Source: the human T2T-CHM13v2.0 reference genome, Homo sapiens
Length of the DNA stretch: 64,000 nt
Assembly (NCBI RefSeq): GCF_009914755.1
Contig: NC_060941.1
Reading direction: 5' to 3' (one strand)
A model generated the notes under the pieces. That model saw only the letters and a list, made by a program, of their open reading frames with translations. It had not been told where the DNA came from and searched no databases. Position numbers and translations under genes: made by a program. Below are positions 52,069 through 64,000 of this stretch, piece by piece (position 1 is the first letter of the stretch; each line of letters begins with the position of its first letter).

Positions 52069-52372
52069 GGAAATTTTAGGTTGGAGATAGGAAAAAAGAT
52101 AAAATTTTAAATGAATTATTAAACAAATTATAAGTCTAAGTTACTGGGTTTTTTGTTTGTTTGAGCTATCAGGGAACAGCATATAAAGGCAACTAAGCTT
52201 TTAGATCTAAAATTATTCAGTATCTTTGGTTAACAAGAAATGACAAAATATTGAAATATTAAGCTTAAAATGTATGCAGAGGACTACACGGGATATTACT
52301 TGTGATAAACTGTTGTGCTGTTTGAATAAAAAGAAACAAGTTGTTTATCCCATCTCTCCTTTTTCTCCCTAG

Positions 52373-52424
52373 ACTGTGAAAGCACTAAACCACTTAAAAG
52401 AAAACTTGAAAATTATTCACAGAG
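52373..52424 (+). CDS. MAP2K4: MAP2K4 coding exon 6 (52 nt; T212-R228 plus first base of D229)
   Basis: ttctccctag|ACT GTG AAA...CAC AGA G|gtgggt; TVKALNHLKENLKIIHR; HRD motif split by a phase-1 intron. Confidence 0.98.
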
Positions 52425-53719
52425 GTGGGTATGGATTGGTATTTTTTGTAATAGAAATTAACTTTTTTCTCCTAATTGGTGAAACGGTTATTGAAAATTA
52501 CAGTGTCACTGTATAAACTTTCCTAAAATATTTGTATTTTTAGCAAAAAATGCTTTATGTACTTTAAAACTCTATTACTGCTATTTTTTTCTTTGGGATT
52601 CAATAAATTTCAGTCTATCTTAGTATGTTGGACTTAGAAACTGAAATAGATTTTGCTGCACATTGTTATTAGTTGAAAAATAATTATTCATTTGCCTGAT
52701 AGATAATGTTTTTCTGCATACAAATAAGGCATCGAGGTGGTCCTGTGGACATTCAAAGAAGAATCTGAGGGATAGTACCCTCAAGCATTTTAAAGGCATG
52801 CTATCCCTGTCTGTTGTTTCTTCTTCACATTAGAGGATGTTTCTAAATTGAGAGAAATCTTTTAATTAGTATTATAAGTTGAAATTTCTCTAAAGCATGT
52901 TGTATTTGTGTAAACAGTGATCTTGCCTTTATTAGATACATATTCAAATGAAGCATTTGATGTAGTTGAAGGCCAGACCTAGAAAAGTAGTAACCCTGTG
53001 GGAATCCTGAATTTAATCTGGCAAATAGATGAAGTGCTTGCTTTACTTATTACTGTGCTAGACTCAGGGTAATGAGGTGCTGGCTTTGAGGAAACACACC
53101 GAATCACTACCCCTCAGCAAATTTGTAACGGAAAAACCTGACAGTAAGTGGCAGTGTGTGATTTAGCCTGACAGTAAATAGGAAGGAAAGTAAAGGGTCA
53201 AAATGAAGAGAAGTGAAAAATTTCTAATTCTGGGAGACAATTTCTAGTGGTTAAAGAAATTAGTAATTGGGCCATTTATTTAAGTTCTTTTGTTTGTGGT
53301 TGACACTAGGCCACTGAAATTAGTGAACCTTGAACATCAGTAAATTTTATTTAATTTTGTTTGGCTTAATGCTTGTTAGAAATAATATCTTTTTTTCTTT
53401 TGGCCTAAAATTATGTAGAGTTAGGTCCCTAAACAAAATTCTTTGTTTCTCTTGTATTTCTTCTTGTTCTTGTCTTGATTTTTTTTTTTTTCCCTTCTTT
53501 GTTAGCTGTGTTCTATAATTATGAGAGTAGCACCTTTGAGGCATTTGATAGTTACCTTAGGGATATTTACTGATCACAGTAAAGCACCAAGGTACTGCCT
53601 GGGGAGTAGTTGAATAAAATAAAAAAACTTCAGAAGTAACTTTTATTGTTCTCTTACTAAATGAAGTGATGAGTTTATAGCCATCTTTTATCAGTTAGGA
53701 TCAGTTAGCTTTTTTGTTG

Positions 53720-54185
53720 GAGTCAGTGCTTTTGATTACAAGTAATAGAAAATCCTGATAACTCTCTTTAAACTTCAGGGAAATTCATTATCTGTCATAA
53801 TTAGTCCAAAGATGGGGTGGCTCAAAGCACAATATGACTAGGGGTCAAGTTGCTCCTCTTCCTTCTGTCCTCCTTCATGTGTTAACTCTGTCCTCAGGGT
53901 AGTAACAACTAGAGCAGTTCCCACTATCATGTCTATATGTGGCTGCCTCGTGAAGAAGAGGTGCTCTCGTGCTGTGCAGCTCTGTAGGGAGTATGGAAAC
54001 TTTTCCCACGTCTCTAATACCTTTTCTTGGCTCATTCACCAGAAGTGCCTCATGCCCTTAAACCAGCTACTATCAAGAAGCATGAGACTACCCTTATAAA
54101 ACTTATACCAGCCAACAGCCAGGTTTTCGAGGTGTGGATGTTGATGAGAAGAGATACTTCAATAAAACACAGGTTCTGTTAGAAA
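53720..54185. mobile_element. Old MaLR LTR (MLT1K/L-like)
   Basis: gtcagtgcttttgattacaagtaatagaaaatcc...catgcccttaaaccag...caggttctgttag. Confidence 0.6.
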
Positions 54186-54195
54186 GTATGGATGG

Positions 54196-54646
<451 letters not shown>

Positions 54647-55247
54647 TCATTGAGCCAGGATAGTGACAAGGACATGGATAAAAGGACTGAGCTATGGATA
54701 GAGAATTAGTTGGCACATACTGGTAGTGACTTGATTGTCAATGAGAAAGGGATTTGACATTCCTTATATTTTGACTGTTATGTAATGAATCTGGACTAAG
54801 TAAATGAATTTGTAAGCCTCTTGAAAACAATTTAATGCCTAAATTTCTTGTGAAAATTTTTTTTGATATTCAGTTTTTAAGCACTGGCATTCAGAAAATT
54901 GTTTTCCTTTCTCATTTTCAATAGAAGAAAACCATTGTTTTTTCTGTGTTTTATAAATATGAAGATGTTAAGAGAAAAATCAATCCCCATCTATATCTTA
55001 CAGATTAATGTTTGTGAAATGACTTTTGCTGTTACATTTACACAATTATAGTTATTAAAGCTACATGTTTAAAACATGAATAATTATTGTATGTGATAAA
55101 TGAAGATGTTTTACTTCTTATATATCTGAATTTAAGGACTTGACCACTTATGTTGTCTAAGGTTTTTCAATATTTTTGCTTAAAGTGAAGCCTTATGTAA
55201 CTTAGGAAGAAGCTAATTGTATACTGAATGATATCTATGTCTTGCAG

Positions 55248-55375
55248 ATATCAAACCTTCCAATATTCTTCTGGACAGAAGTGGAAATATTAAGCTCTGT
55301 GACTTCGGCATCAGTGGACAGCTTGTGGACTCTATTGCCAAGACAAGAGATGCTGGCTGTAGGCCATACATGGCA
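55248..55375 (+). CDS. MAP2K4: MAP2K4 coding exon 7 (128 nt; D229-A271)
   Basis: cttgcag|AT ATC AAA CCT...ATG GCA|gtaagt; [43 protein letters not shown] with DFG and the SIAKT activation loop (S257 at 55331-55333, T261 at 55343-55345). Confidence 0.98.
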
Positions 55376-56402
55376 GTAAGTGTTAAGTCCAGGCCTTCTT
55401 GCTTGATAGTCATTGCACAGAGAGCCTGTGCTCTTTTGTGCTGGCCATTAGTCATACGGTTTTACCATGAAACTGCTAGAATATTTCCCTTACCCTAAGG
55501 CCCAAGCTCAGGTCCTAGCCTCTCCATGAAACTTTGCTAAATTATCCCAGTCAGCTCCTGTTTTCATTGTCTTGCTTTATTTCTCTTACTTGGTATTTAG
55601 CAGTTGTGGTCTTCTCTGATTATTGTTTTTTCATTATATTGAACTCAACTCATTAAACAGATGGTAACTTCTCAGAAAGTTCCCACCGTCCCTTAGTGAG
55701 ACAAATGGGAAGCCTTGAGTTCATTAGCAGAATTCACTATGTATTACAGAGTCTGAAGCTGCATATTTTGAATATTGTTAGTCCTTTTTTTTAGGGGTAG
55801 ATGAAGCACACCAACAAATGCAAAGGTAGAGGCCTTCAGTATTTTGCAACCTGGAGCCTCTTTTCCTGCAAAGAGACAGATGTACACTATCCATCCATAG
55901 ATATCAAACTCATCTTACCCCAGTATATTTGCATACAGTGTTCCTACAGCCTGGATTTTGATCTGTATTTGAATGAAAATGTAGTGTCTGTATTTCAGAC
56001 ATTTCCCTAGGTGTTAATGTCTTTCTTCAATGTTGCCATGGTTCTTTGGGGACCAGCACACTACTAAATGTGACACATAAGGTTTTGTGGTTGTTTCTTG
56101 AGGCCTCCCTGCCAGCAGCATTTCTTTCCATCTTTGTAGACTCTTTTAAACTAAAGATAAGCTTAGAATTGAATAAAATTGTTCTTTCTTGGTTTCCTCC
56201 TTGATATATATGTTTTCAAACCTAGTGCTATAAATAATAAAAAAGTAAGAGTCACAGGCTAGATATTATAGGTGTTCTAGATTATTTATGAATGGATAGG
56301 CTTAGTGCTACTACAAATTCAACTTACTGCATTTTTCAATCCTCTTTTGGTTTTGTTATATCTTCCCATATCACTTTTTCTTCAGATGAACATGTAAAAG
56401 CG

Positions 56403-56403
<1 letters not shown>

Positions 56404-56430
<27 letters not shown>
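56404..56430. repeat. (TG)n microsatellite
   Basis: Direct reading. Confidence 0.95.
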
Positions 56431-56433
<3 letters not shown>

Positions 56434-57267
56434 CACCTAACCTGTGTGGTAAGACCTTTTAAACTTTTGGTTTTGTGGATGTTGACTGGCTGGGCAGATT
56501 TCTTGACTCAGTTTGGAAGATCATTTGTTTATCGTGATAACTAGGGATAAATGGCACAATAGTTTCAAAGGCAAGAAATAAAAAAAATTAGACATGGAGT
56601 ATTTGGGAAATGTGATTTACATATTTATTAAGGATACCCCGAGAATGAACTGAAATTGTTATTTACAGTTTTAGGGCTTGTCTCGATACTAACAGTGACT
56701 AAATGTTTTTGTTGTGTGACACTGACTAAGAATTATATTTGATTGAAGCAGGCTTTGAAAATGCAATTGCAGCCCAGATAAAGTAGAATATTTTGAATTC
56801 AGCTTTCTAAGAAAGACTCAGACTTTCTTTAAAACAGACTTTCGTCATTCTTGTGCAGAGATATGCTTTGCAGGCCCAGGAGATGTAAGACTTCTGTTTT
56901 CTTGCTGACCTTCATCTGTGGAACACAAAGGCTGATAAACTCTTGGCCTCTAATCTTTACTGGACCAGATGAAATTCTTCTGTCCATTCTCATCTTTCAA
57001 AGCCTGTTATAGATAGACAAGAACTCAATCAATGTTAATTTTAAAAGGCTTCAAGTGGTTTGACTTTTCTTCAAATATTGACAAAACCTATTGGAGGTAT
57101 ATCATTTTATTTGAGATTTATAGTTGTCTTTAGTCTACAGGACTTAGGATTACTCATTAGATTGTGCAACATAAAAAAGTAAATAAAATGTAGAGTTTAC
57201 ACATAAATTTTCCTGTAAACCGATTTCTTGTAAACATTTTCCCAACTCCATACCCTCATGTAGGTAC

Positions 57268-59092
57268 ACAGTCTTATGTTGCTTAACCGTGGGAATATGT
57301 TCTGAGAAGTGTGTTGTTAGGCAATTTTGTTGTGCAAAATCATAAGTGTACTTACACAAACCTAGATGGTATAGCCTACTACACACATAGGCTATATGGT
57401 ACAGCCTGTTGCTTCTAGACTACAAGCCTATACAGCATGTTACTGTACTAAATACTGTAGGTAATTATATCACAACAGCAACTATTTGTGTGTCTAAATA
57501 TAGAAAAGGTACGGTCAAAATATGGTATAAAGGAGGTAGAGGTGACGGGCCGGAGGAAAGATGGAAGACTACCAGGCTGCGGAGGAGACTGCTTTTGTTG
57601 TTGATGAAGTGAGCAAATTGTAAAAGAGGCTATAGAAAGCACAATTGGTGGTTAACGCTTATTAACACAGCAAAGTGAACCAGTGGAACACAAATGTAGT
57701 AGAACAAACTTCAAGCCAACTCACCAAGCTGGGAAAACCACTTAAATACATTGTGACCTGTGTAATTATGCAAAAGAATGGAGCTGGATTACACATGGCA
57801 AGTTCCTGCTTCTGGGACAGCTCTGCTGACAGGAGCTGCACTGTGCGATGGGAGAATAAAACCATGTACTGCATCGTCGGCACCTTTGGACTGTGTATTG
57901 GACCTCCTAGTCCAGCCTGTGACCTTCCTCCGGTAGTTCATCTTCTAACACCAGCTATGAATTGAGTGAACTCTTTTCTCGTTCTTTTTAAGTCTGTTTT
58001 GTGGCACTCTAAAAATGCAGAGAAAAAAACCAAATGACCGCACTGTTACATGAACTGTGCACTGAAGTCAGATGAGTATCCCTGTAGGTCGCCTGCAGCC
58101 TGCATTGCCACTTGTAACTCTGAATATTTCTTTTCAAAGGTGCTAAAATCTGAAATCTGCTGGTGTGAAACTTGCTATACTGTCTGAAATGATTCAAATA
58201 CACTAATTTTCCATACTTTATACTTTTGTTAGAATAAATTATTCAAATCTAAAAAAATATGGTATAAAAAATAAAGAATGGTTCACTGGTATAAGGCACT
58301 AATCATGAATGGAGCTTACAGGACTAGAAGTTGTTCTGGATGAGTCAGTGAGTGAGTGGTAAGTGAATTTGCAGGCCTAGGATGCTACTGTAGACTTTAT
58401 AAACACTGTACACTTAGGCTACATGACATTTATAAAAATTTTTTTCTTCAGTAATAAATTAACCTGAGTGTACTGTAACTTTTTTACTTTATACACTTTT
58501 TAATTAAAAAAAATTTTTTTTACTTTTTTGTATTAACACTTAGCTTAAAACACAAACACACTGTACAGCCGTACAAAAATATTTTCTTTCTTTGTATCTT
58601 TATTCCGTAAGGCTATTCTGTTTACTTGTTTATTCTTTTTAAACTTTTTTGTTAAAAACTAAGACATCATTCTAGGCCTATACATGGGCGCGATCAATCA
58701 CTGTCTTCTACATCCACATCTTGCCCCACTGGAAGGTCCTCAGGGGCAGTAACACGCAGGGAGCTGTCATCTCCTATGATATCAATGCCTTCTTTGTAAT
58801 ACCTCCTGAAAGACCTGCCAGAAGCTGTTGATAACTTTTTTTTAAATAAGTAGAAGGACATCAAGTATAGTGTACTGTACATAATTGTATGTGCTATACT
58901 TTTAAATGACTGGCAGTGCAATAGGTTTGTTTAAAACAGCATCACCACGAGCGCGAGTAATGTGTCACTCTACGTTATGAGGGCTATGGTGTCATTAGGA
59001 GATAGGAATTTTTCAGCTCCATTATAACCTTATGGGACAACCTTTGTATATGTGGTCTGTCGTTCACCAAAATGTTGTTTTGCAGCACGAGA
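57268..59092 (-). mobile_element. Tigger3 (Golem/MER7B-like, Tigger3b) DNA transposon split by the DYNLT1 retrocopy
   Basis: Ends match Tigger3 termini (cagtcttatgttgcttaac...ttctgagaa; ...ttatgggac...tatatgtggtctgtcgttcaccaaaatgttgtt); internal cctagatggtatagcctactacac motif. Confidence 0.85.
57532..58253 (+). pseudogene. DYNLT1 (Tctex-1) processed pseudogene
   Basis: ATG at 57561: MEDYQAAEETAFVVDEVS...[11 protein letters not shown]...[17 protein letters not shown]...CFWDSS...[14 protein letters not shown]; intronless; 1-bp deletion ~57615, 1-bp insertion ~57652, CAA>TAA at ~57663, stop TGA>GGA; AATAAA 58233-58238; TSD AAAATATGGTATAAA at 57517-57531 and 58254-58268. Confidence 0.95.
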
Positions 59093-59667
59093 CAATTTCT
59101 GTATGTGGGTATGGATGTGCCAAACCACCTGAAAGTTAGTTGCAGATATCATGCATTTTATTCTAAACACTTCAGTGCATATCTCCCAAGAAAAAGACCA
59201 TTCTTCTACATAACCACGATATCATTACCACACCTAAAAAAAACAAACAAGAATGTCATCTTTGAGCATCCCCATTCCAAAAATGCAAAGCCCGAAATGC
59301 TCCCAAATATGAAACGTTACCAACACTAGTGTGACCCAAGTGGAAAATTCACCTGACCTTATGCGATGGGTCACATTCAAAATGCAGGTGCACCACATCT
59401 TGTTGATTCAGTGTTCCCAAGGTAAAAAAAAAAAGACCCTTGTGGCCCCCTTTAGCTGCAATATATCTTTTCCACACATGCCCAGATTTTCCCCACATAA
59501 GCATGCCTACAAAGGGTAATAAAATGGCATGTATGCAGGCAAGATGTGCTAATGACAGGTTCCACACTATACCTCACATGGGGCCAAGACCTACCTGCAT
59601 TACTCACTGTATTTTTTTTGTTTTTTTTGCTCATTTTTTGCTCAGTAGCTTAAAGTTAATGTTGAAA

Positions 59668-61175
59668 ATGTCAAAGAGGCCTGCAGATACCCCTAGAGAG
59701 ACAGCAGTTTGTTAAAGGGGATAAAGGGGAAGTGTTTATGTTTATAGCACAGAAAGTCAAGCTGTTAGAGAAACTGGACAATGGTGTAAATGTGAAATGT
59801 CTTACAGAAAAGTGTGGTGTTCGTATGAGCACCATATATGACCTGAAGAAACAGAAGGAGAAACTGCTGAAGTTCTGTGCTGAAAGTGATGAACAAAAGT
59901 TACTGAAAAATAGAAAAACACCACATAATAGCTAAAAATGAAGATCTTGGTAATGTATTAAAAGAGTGGATCTGTCAGACTCACAGTGAACACATGCCAT
60001 TTGATGGTATGCTCATCATGAAATGAACATCTATCATGAAGAACTGAAAATTGAAGGGAACTGTGAAGATTCAACAGACTGGTTATAGAAATTTAAGAAA
60101 AAACATAGCATTAACTTTTTAAAGATTTATGGTGATAAAGCATCTGCTGATCATGAAGCAGTGGAGAAATTCATTGATGAATTCGCCAGGGTTATTGATG
60201 ATGAAAATTCAACATCAGAACAGGTATAATGCTGATGAAACATCACTGTTTTGGCATGATTACCCCAGAAAGACACTACAGCTGATGAGACAGCCCCTGC
60301 AAGATTTAAGGATGCCAAGAGCAGAAAAACTGTGACGGGATGTATTAATGCAGTAGGCCCGTATAGGTATAAATCTATAGGAGGCAAAAGCTTGCATCCT
60401 TCCTGTTTTCAAGAAGTGAATGTCTTACCAGTCCATTATTATACTAATCAAAAGGCCTGGATCACTCGGGATACCTTTTCTGATTGGTTTCATAAACATT
60501 TTGTACCAGTGCCTTATGCTTATTGCAGGGAAGCTGGACTGAAAGAAGAGTGAAAGATTTTGTTATCCATTGATAACTGTTCTGCTTATGCTGCAACCGA
60601 AATTCTCATAAAAAATAATGTTTATGCCATGTACTTTCACCCAAATGCGACTTCATTAATTCAGCCATGTGACCAGGATATCCTTAGATCAGTGAAGGGT
60701 AAATATAAAAACACTGTCTTGAACATCATGCTAGCAGCAGTGAACAGAGGTGTGGGTGTGGAAGGTTTTCAGAAGGCGTTTAGCATGAAGGATGTCATAC
60801 ATGCTGTTGCCAGCACTTGGCCAACAGTGACTAAGACACAGTCATGCCTGCTTGGCATAACCTCTGGCCTGTGACTATTCAGTGATGATGATGATGATGA
60901 ACAAGGTAGTGACTTGGATGGATTCCATATGTTAAAGTGAGAAAAAAATGATATCTGACCTCCTTTTATATGCAAAAAATACATCTTTAGAGTCTGTCAG
61001 TAAACGGAAAGAAGGGGATATTAAAGAAGTTTTTATTATCAAATTAATGAAGCTTCAGTTTTTCATTTATTGACTAATGATGAAATAGCTGAAATGGTTC
61101 TGAATCAAGGTAAATGTGATATTTAGTGATAATGAGGATGATGTTAACAACGAGGAAGAAATGCCCATAGACAAA
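59668..61175 (+). pseudogene. Decayed pogo/Tigger4 transposase (CENP-B-type HTH + DDE_1; JRK/JRKL/TIGD-related)
   Basis: Fragments in several frames: MSKRPADTP; QKVKLLEKLDNGVNVKCLTEKCGVRMSTIYDLKKQKEKLLKF; YNADETSLFW; KAWITRDTFSDWFHKHFVP; LSIDNCSAY; HPNATSLIQPCDQDILRSVKGKYK. Multiple stops and frameshifts; C-terminal piece resumes ~62575. Confidence 0.88.
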
Positions 61176-61179
61176 GTGC

Positions 61180-62478
<1,299 letters not shown>

Positions 62479-63471
62479 CATATATATAAATAAAAAGGAA
62501 AAAAACTAAAAAAAGTTTTAAAGAAAATGGAAACAAGCTCCCTCATTCCCCCCCCCCATAAAAAAGAAAAAATGCTCTTGATGAAAATGTGTAATGGACT
62601 CATTAAAGGATTAGAGCAGTATGCATTCATAACACAAGAAGAAATCATGTCAGTTTATAAAACTGAAGAGAGACTCCTAAGACAAAAACCATTGTTAATG
62701 AGGCAGTTGACTAGGGAGGAAACATTTTACAAAGCCATCTAGCAGAATGCCTCCTCATTACTAGAGGACCCACTTCTGGCCCCTCAAATGCTTCTGATGT
62801 TTCTTCTCACCTAAAAAAATAAAATACAGTGTACAATAGCCTTTTAATCAAAACACAGCATCGTAGTTGGAGGTTGAAAGCTTGTAGCTGTTTGTTGTAG
62901 CTGCTGTTTAACAGTTGATGCAGGTATTCTGGCGATGCTACTGTGCTGCTTAGTTCCCCAGAACTCATTGTTTTTCACTGTATTGATACGTCATATTTTT
63001 TACTGTTAAGTATTTGTGTGAACAAGTGTAAGACAATGATTGCCTATTAATAGCATGTAAATTCCGAGTCCGGAATGATGGTGATGCCCAGCAACCACAG
63101 ATTGTCTACCTGGGTGGCTGAGATAGTGACACTTTTGCTTTTTGGTGCTTCAGTGTACACAAACTTTGTTTCATGCACAGATTTATTTAAAATATAATAT
63201 AAAATTACCTTCAGGCTATGTATATAGTTGTATATGAAACATAAATAAATTTCACGTTTAGACTTGGGTCCCATCCCCAAGATATATTATTATGTATATG
63301 CAAATATTCCAAAATTTGAAAAAATCCAAAATCGAAACACTCAGGTTCCAAGCTTTTTGGATGAGGAATACTCAATCTGTATTATCTAATACATAGTTCA
63401 TACTCAGATTTCCCATATGTCAAAAAAACTATCTTTTAGCTGTCAATCCAGGGTCACATTAAGATTCCATA

Positions 63472-63623
<152 letters not shown>

Positions 63624-64000
63624 TTAATTGTTACATTATTTTAATATATACAGGGCTTGATCATTCTTTTTGTTTTCTGTGACATTGGCGGTTTTGGAAG
63701 TGTTTTCAGAAGGTCTCGCATTCTTATAATATCTGATTGTTCCCTCATGATTAGATTCAGACTACAACTATTTTTAGACATGCATACTTCATGTATGAGG
63801 AGTGTTTTTTATTGCATAACATTGCAAAGCACATAATGGTTACTATTTGTAATGTTTACAGACATGCCTTTTTTTTAAGCAGTTAAAACAGTTGCAGAAT
63901 AGAAACTGGTATGTTTCTTTATTCATTTAGGTCTTCTTGCCATCTCTCAGCAATGTTTTGTAGTTTTCAGTGTGCAGCTTTTGAAGACCTTTTAAATTTA

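Noticed and set aside
57675-57965. 96-aa Tctex-1-like ORF as a functional retrogene
   Set aside because: GTG start; the true ATG frame is broken by a frameshift and stops; native stop lost.
59668-61175. Domesticated TIGD/JRK-like gene
   Set aside because: Many stops and frameshifts, an L1 insertion, and retained TIRs: a fossil transposon.

Overview
Primate (almost certainly human, given a young AluYd-type insertion) genomic DNA lying entirely inside the MAP2K4 (MKK4/SEK1) gene on the + strand. It runs from intron 2 through coding exons 3-7 (E74-A271: Gly-loop, catalytic K131, HRD, DFG and the S257/T261 activation loop) into intron 7. Intron 3 hosts MIR744. The rest is intronic and repeat-rich: about 18 Alus, old L1/L2/CR1/MIR fragments, MaLR LTRs, hAT MITEs, a 70-nt U3 snoRNA pseudogene, a DYNLT1 processed pseudogene inserted in a Tigger3 element, and a near full-length decayed Tigger4 carrying nested L1 and Alu. 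The ORF-track ORFs are repeat-derived or chance; the real exons are not in it. Best leads, all needing experimental or database checks: (i) an exon 3-7 back-spliced circle would carry a 215-aa ORF crossing the junction twice; (ii) a 17-nt candidate poison microexon with a perfect donor 90 nt upstream of miR-744; (iii) a multi-step templated-insertion/fold-back repair scar at 26.7 kb. Repeat boundaries and subfamilies were judged by eye and are approximate.
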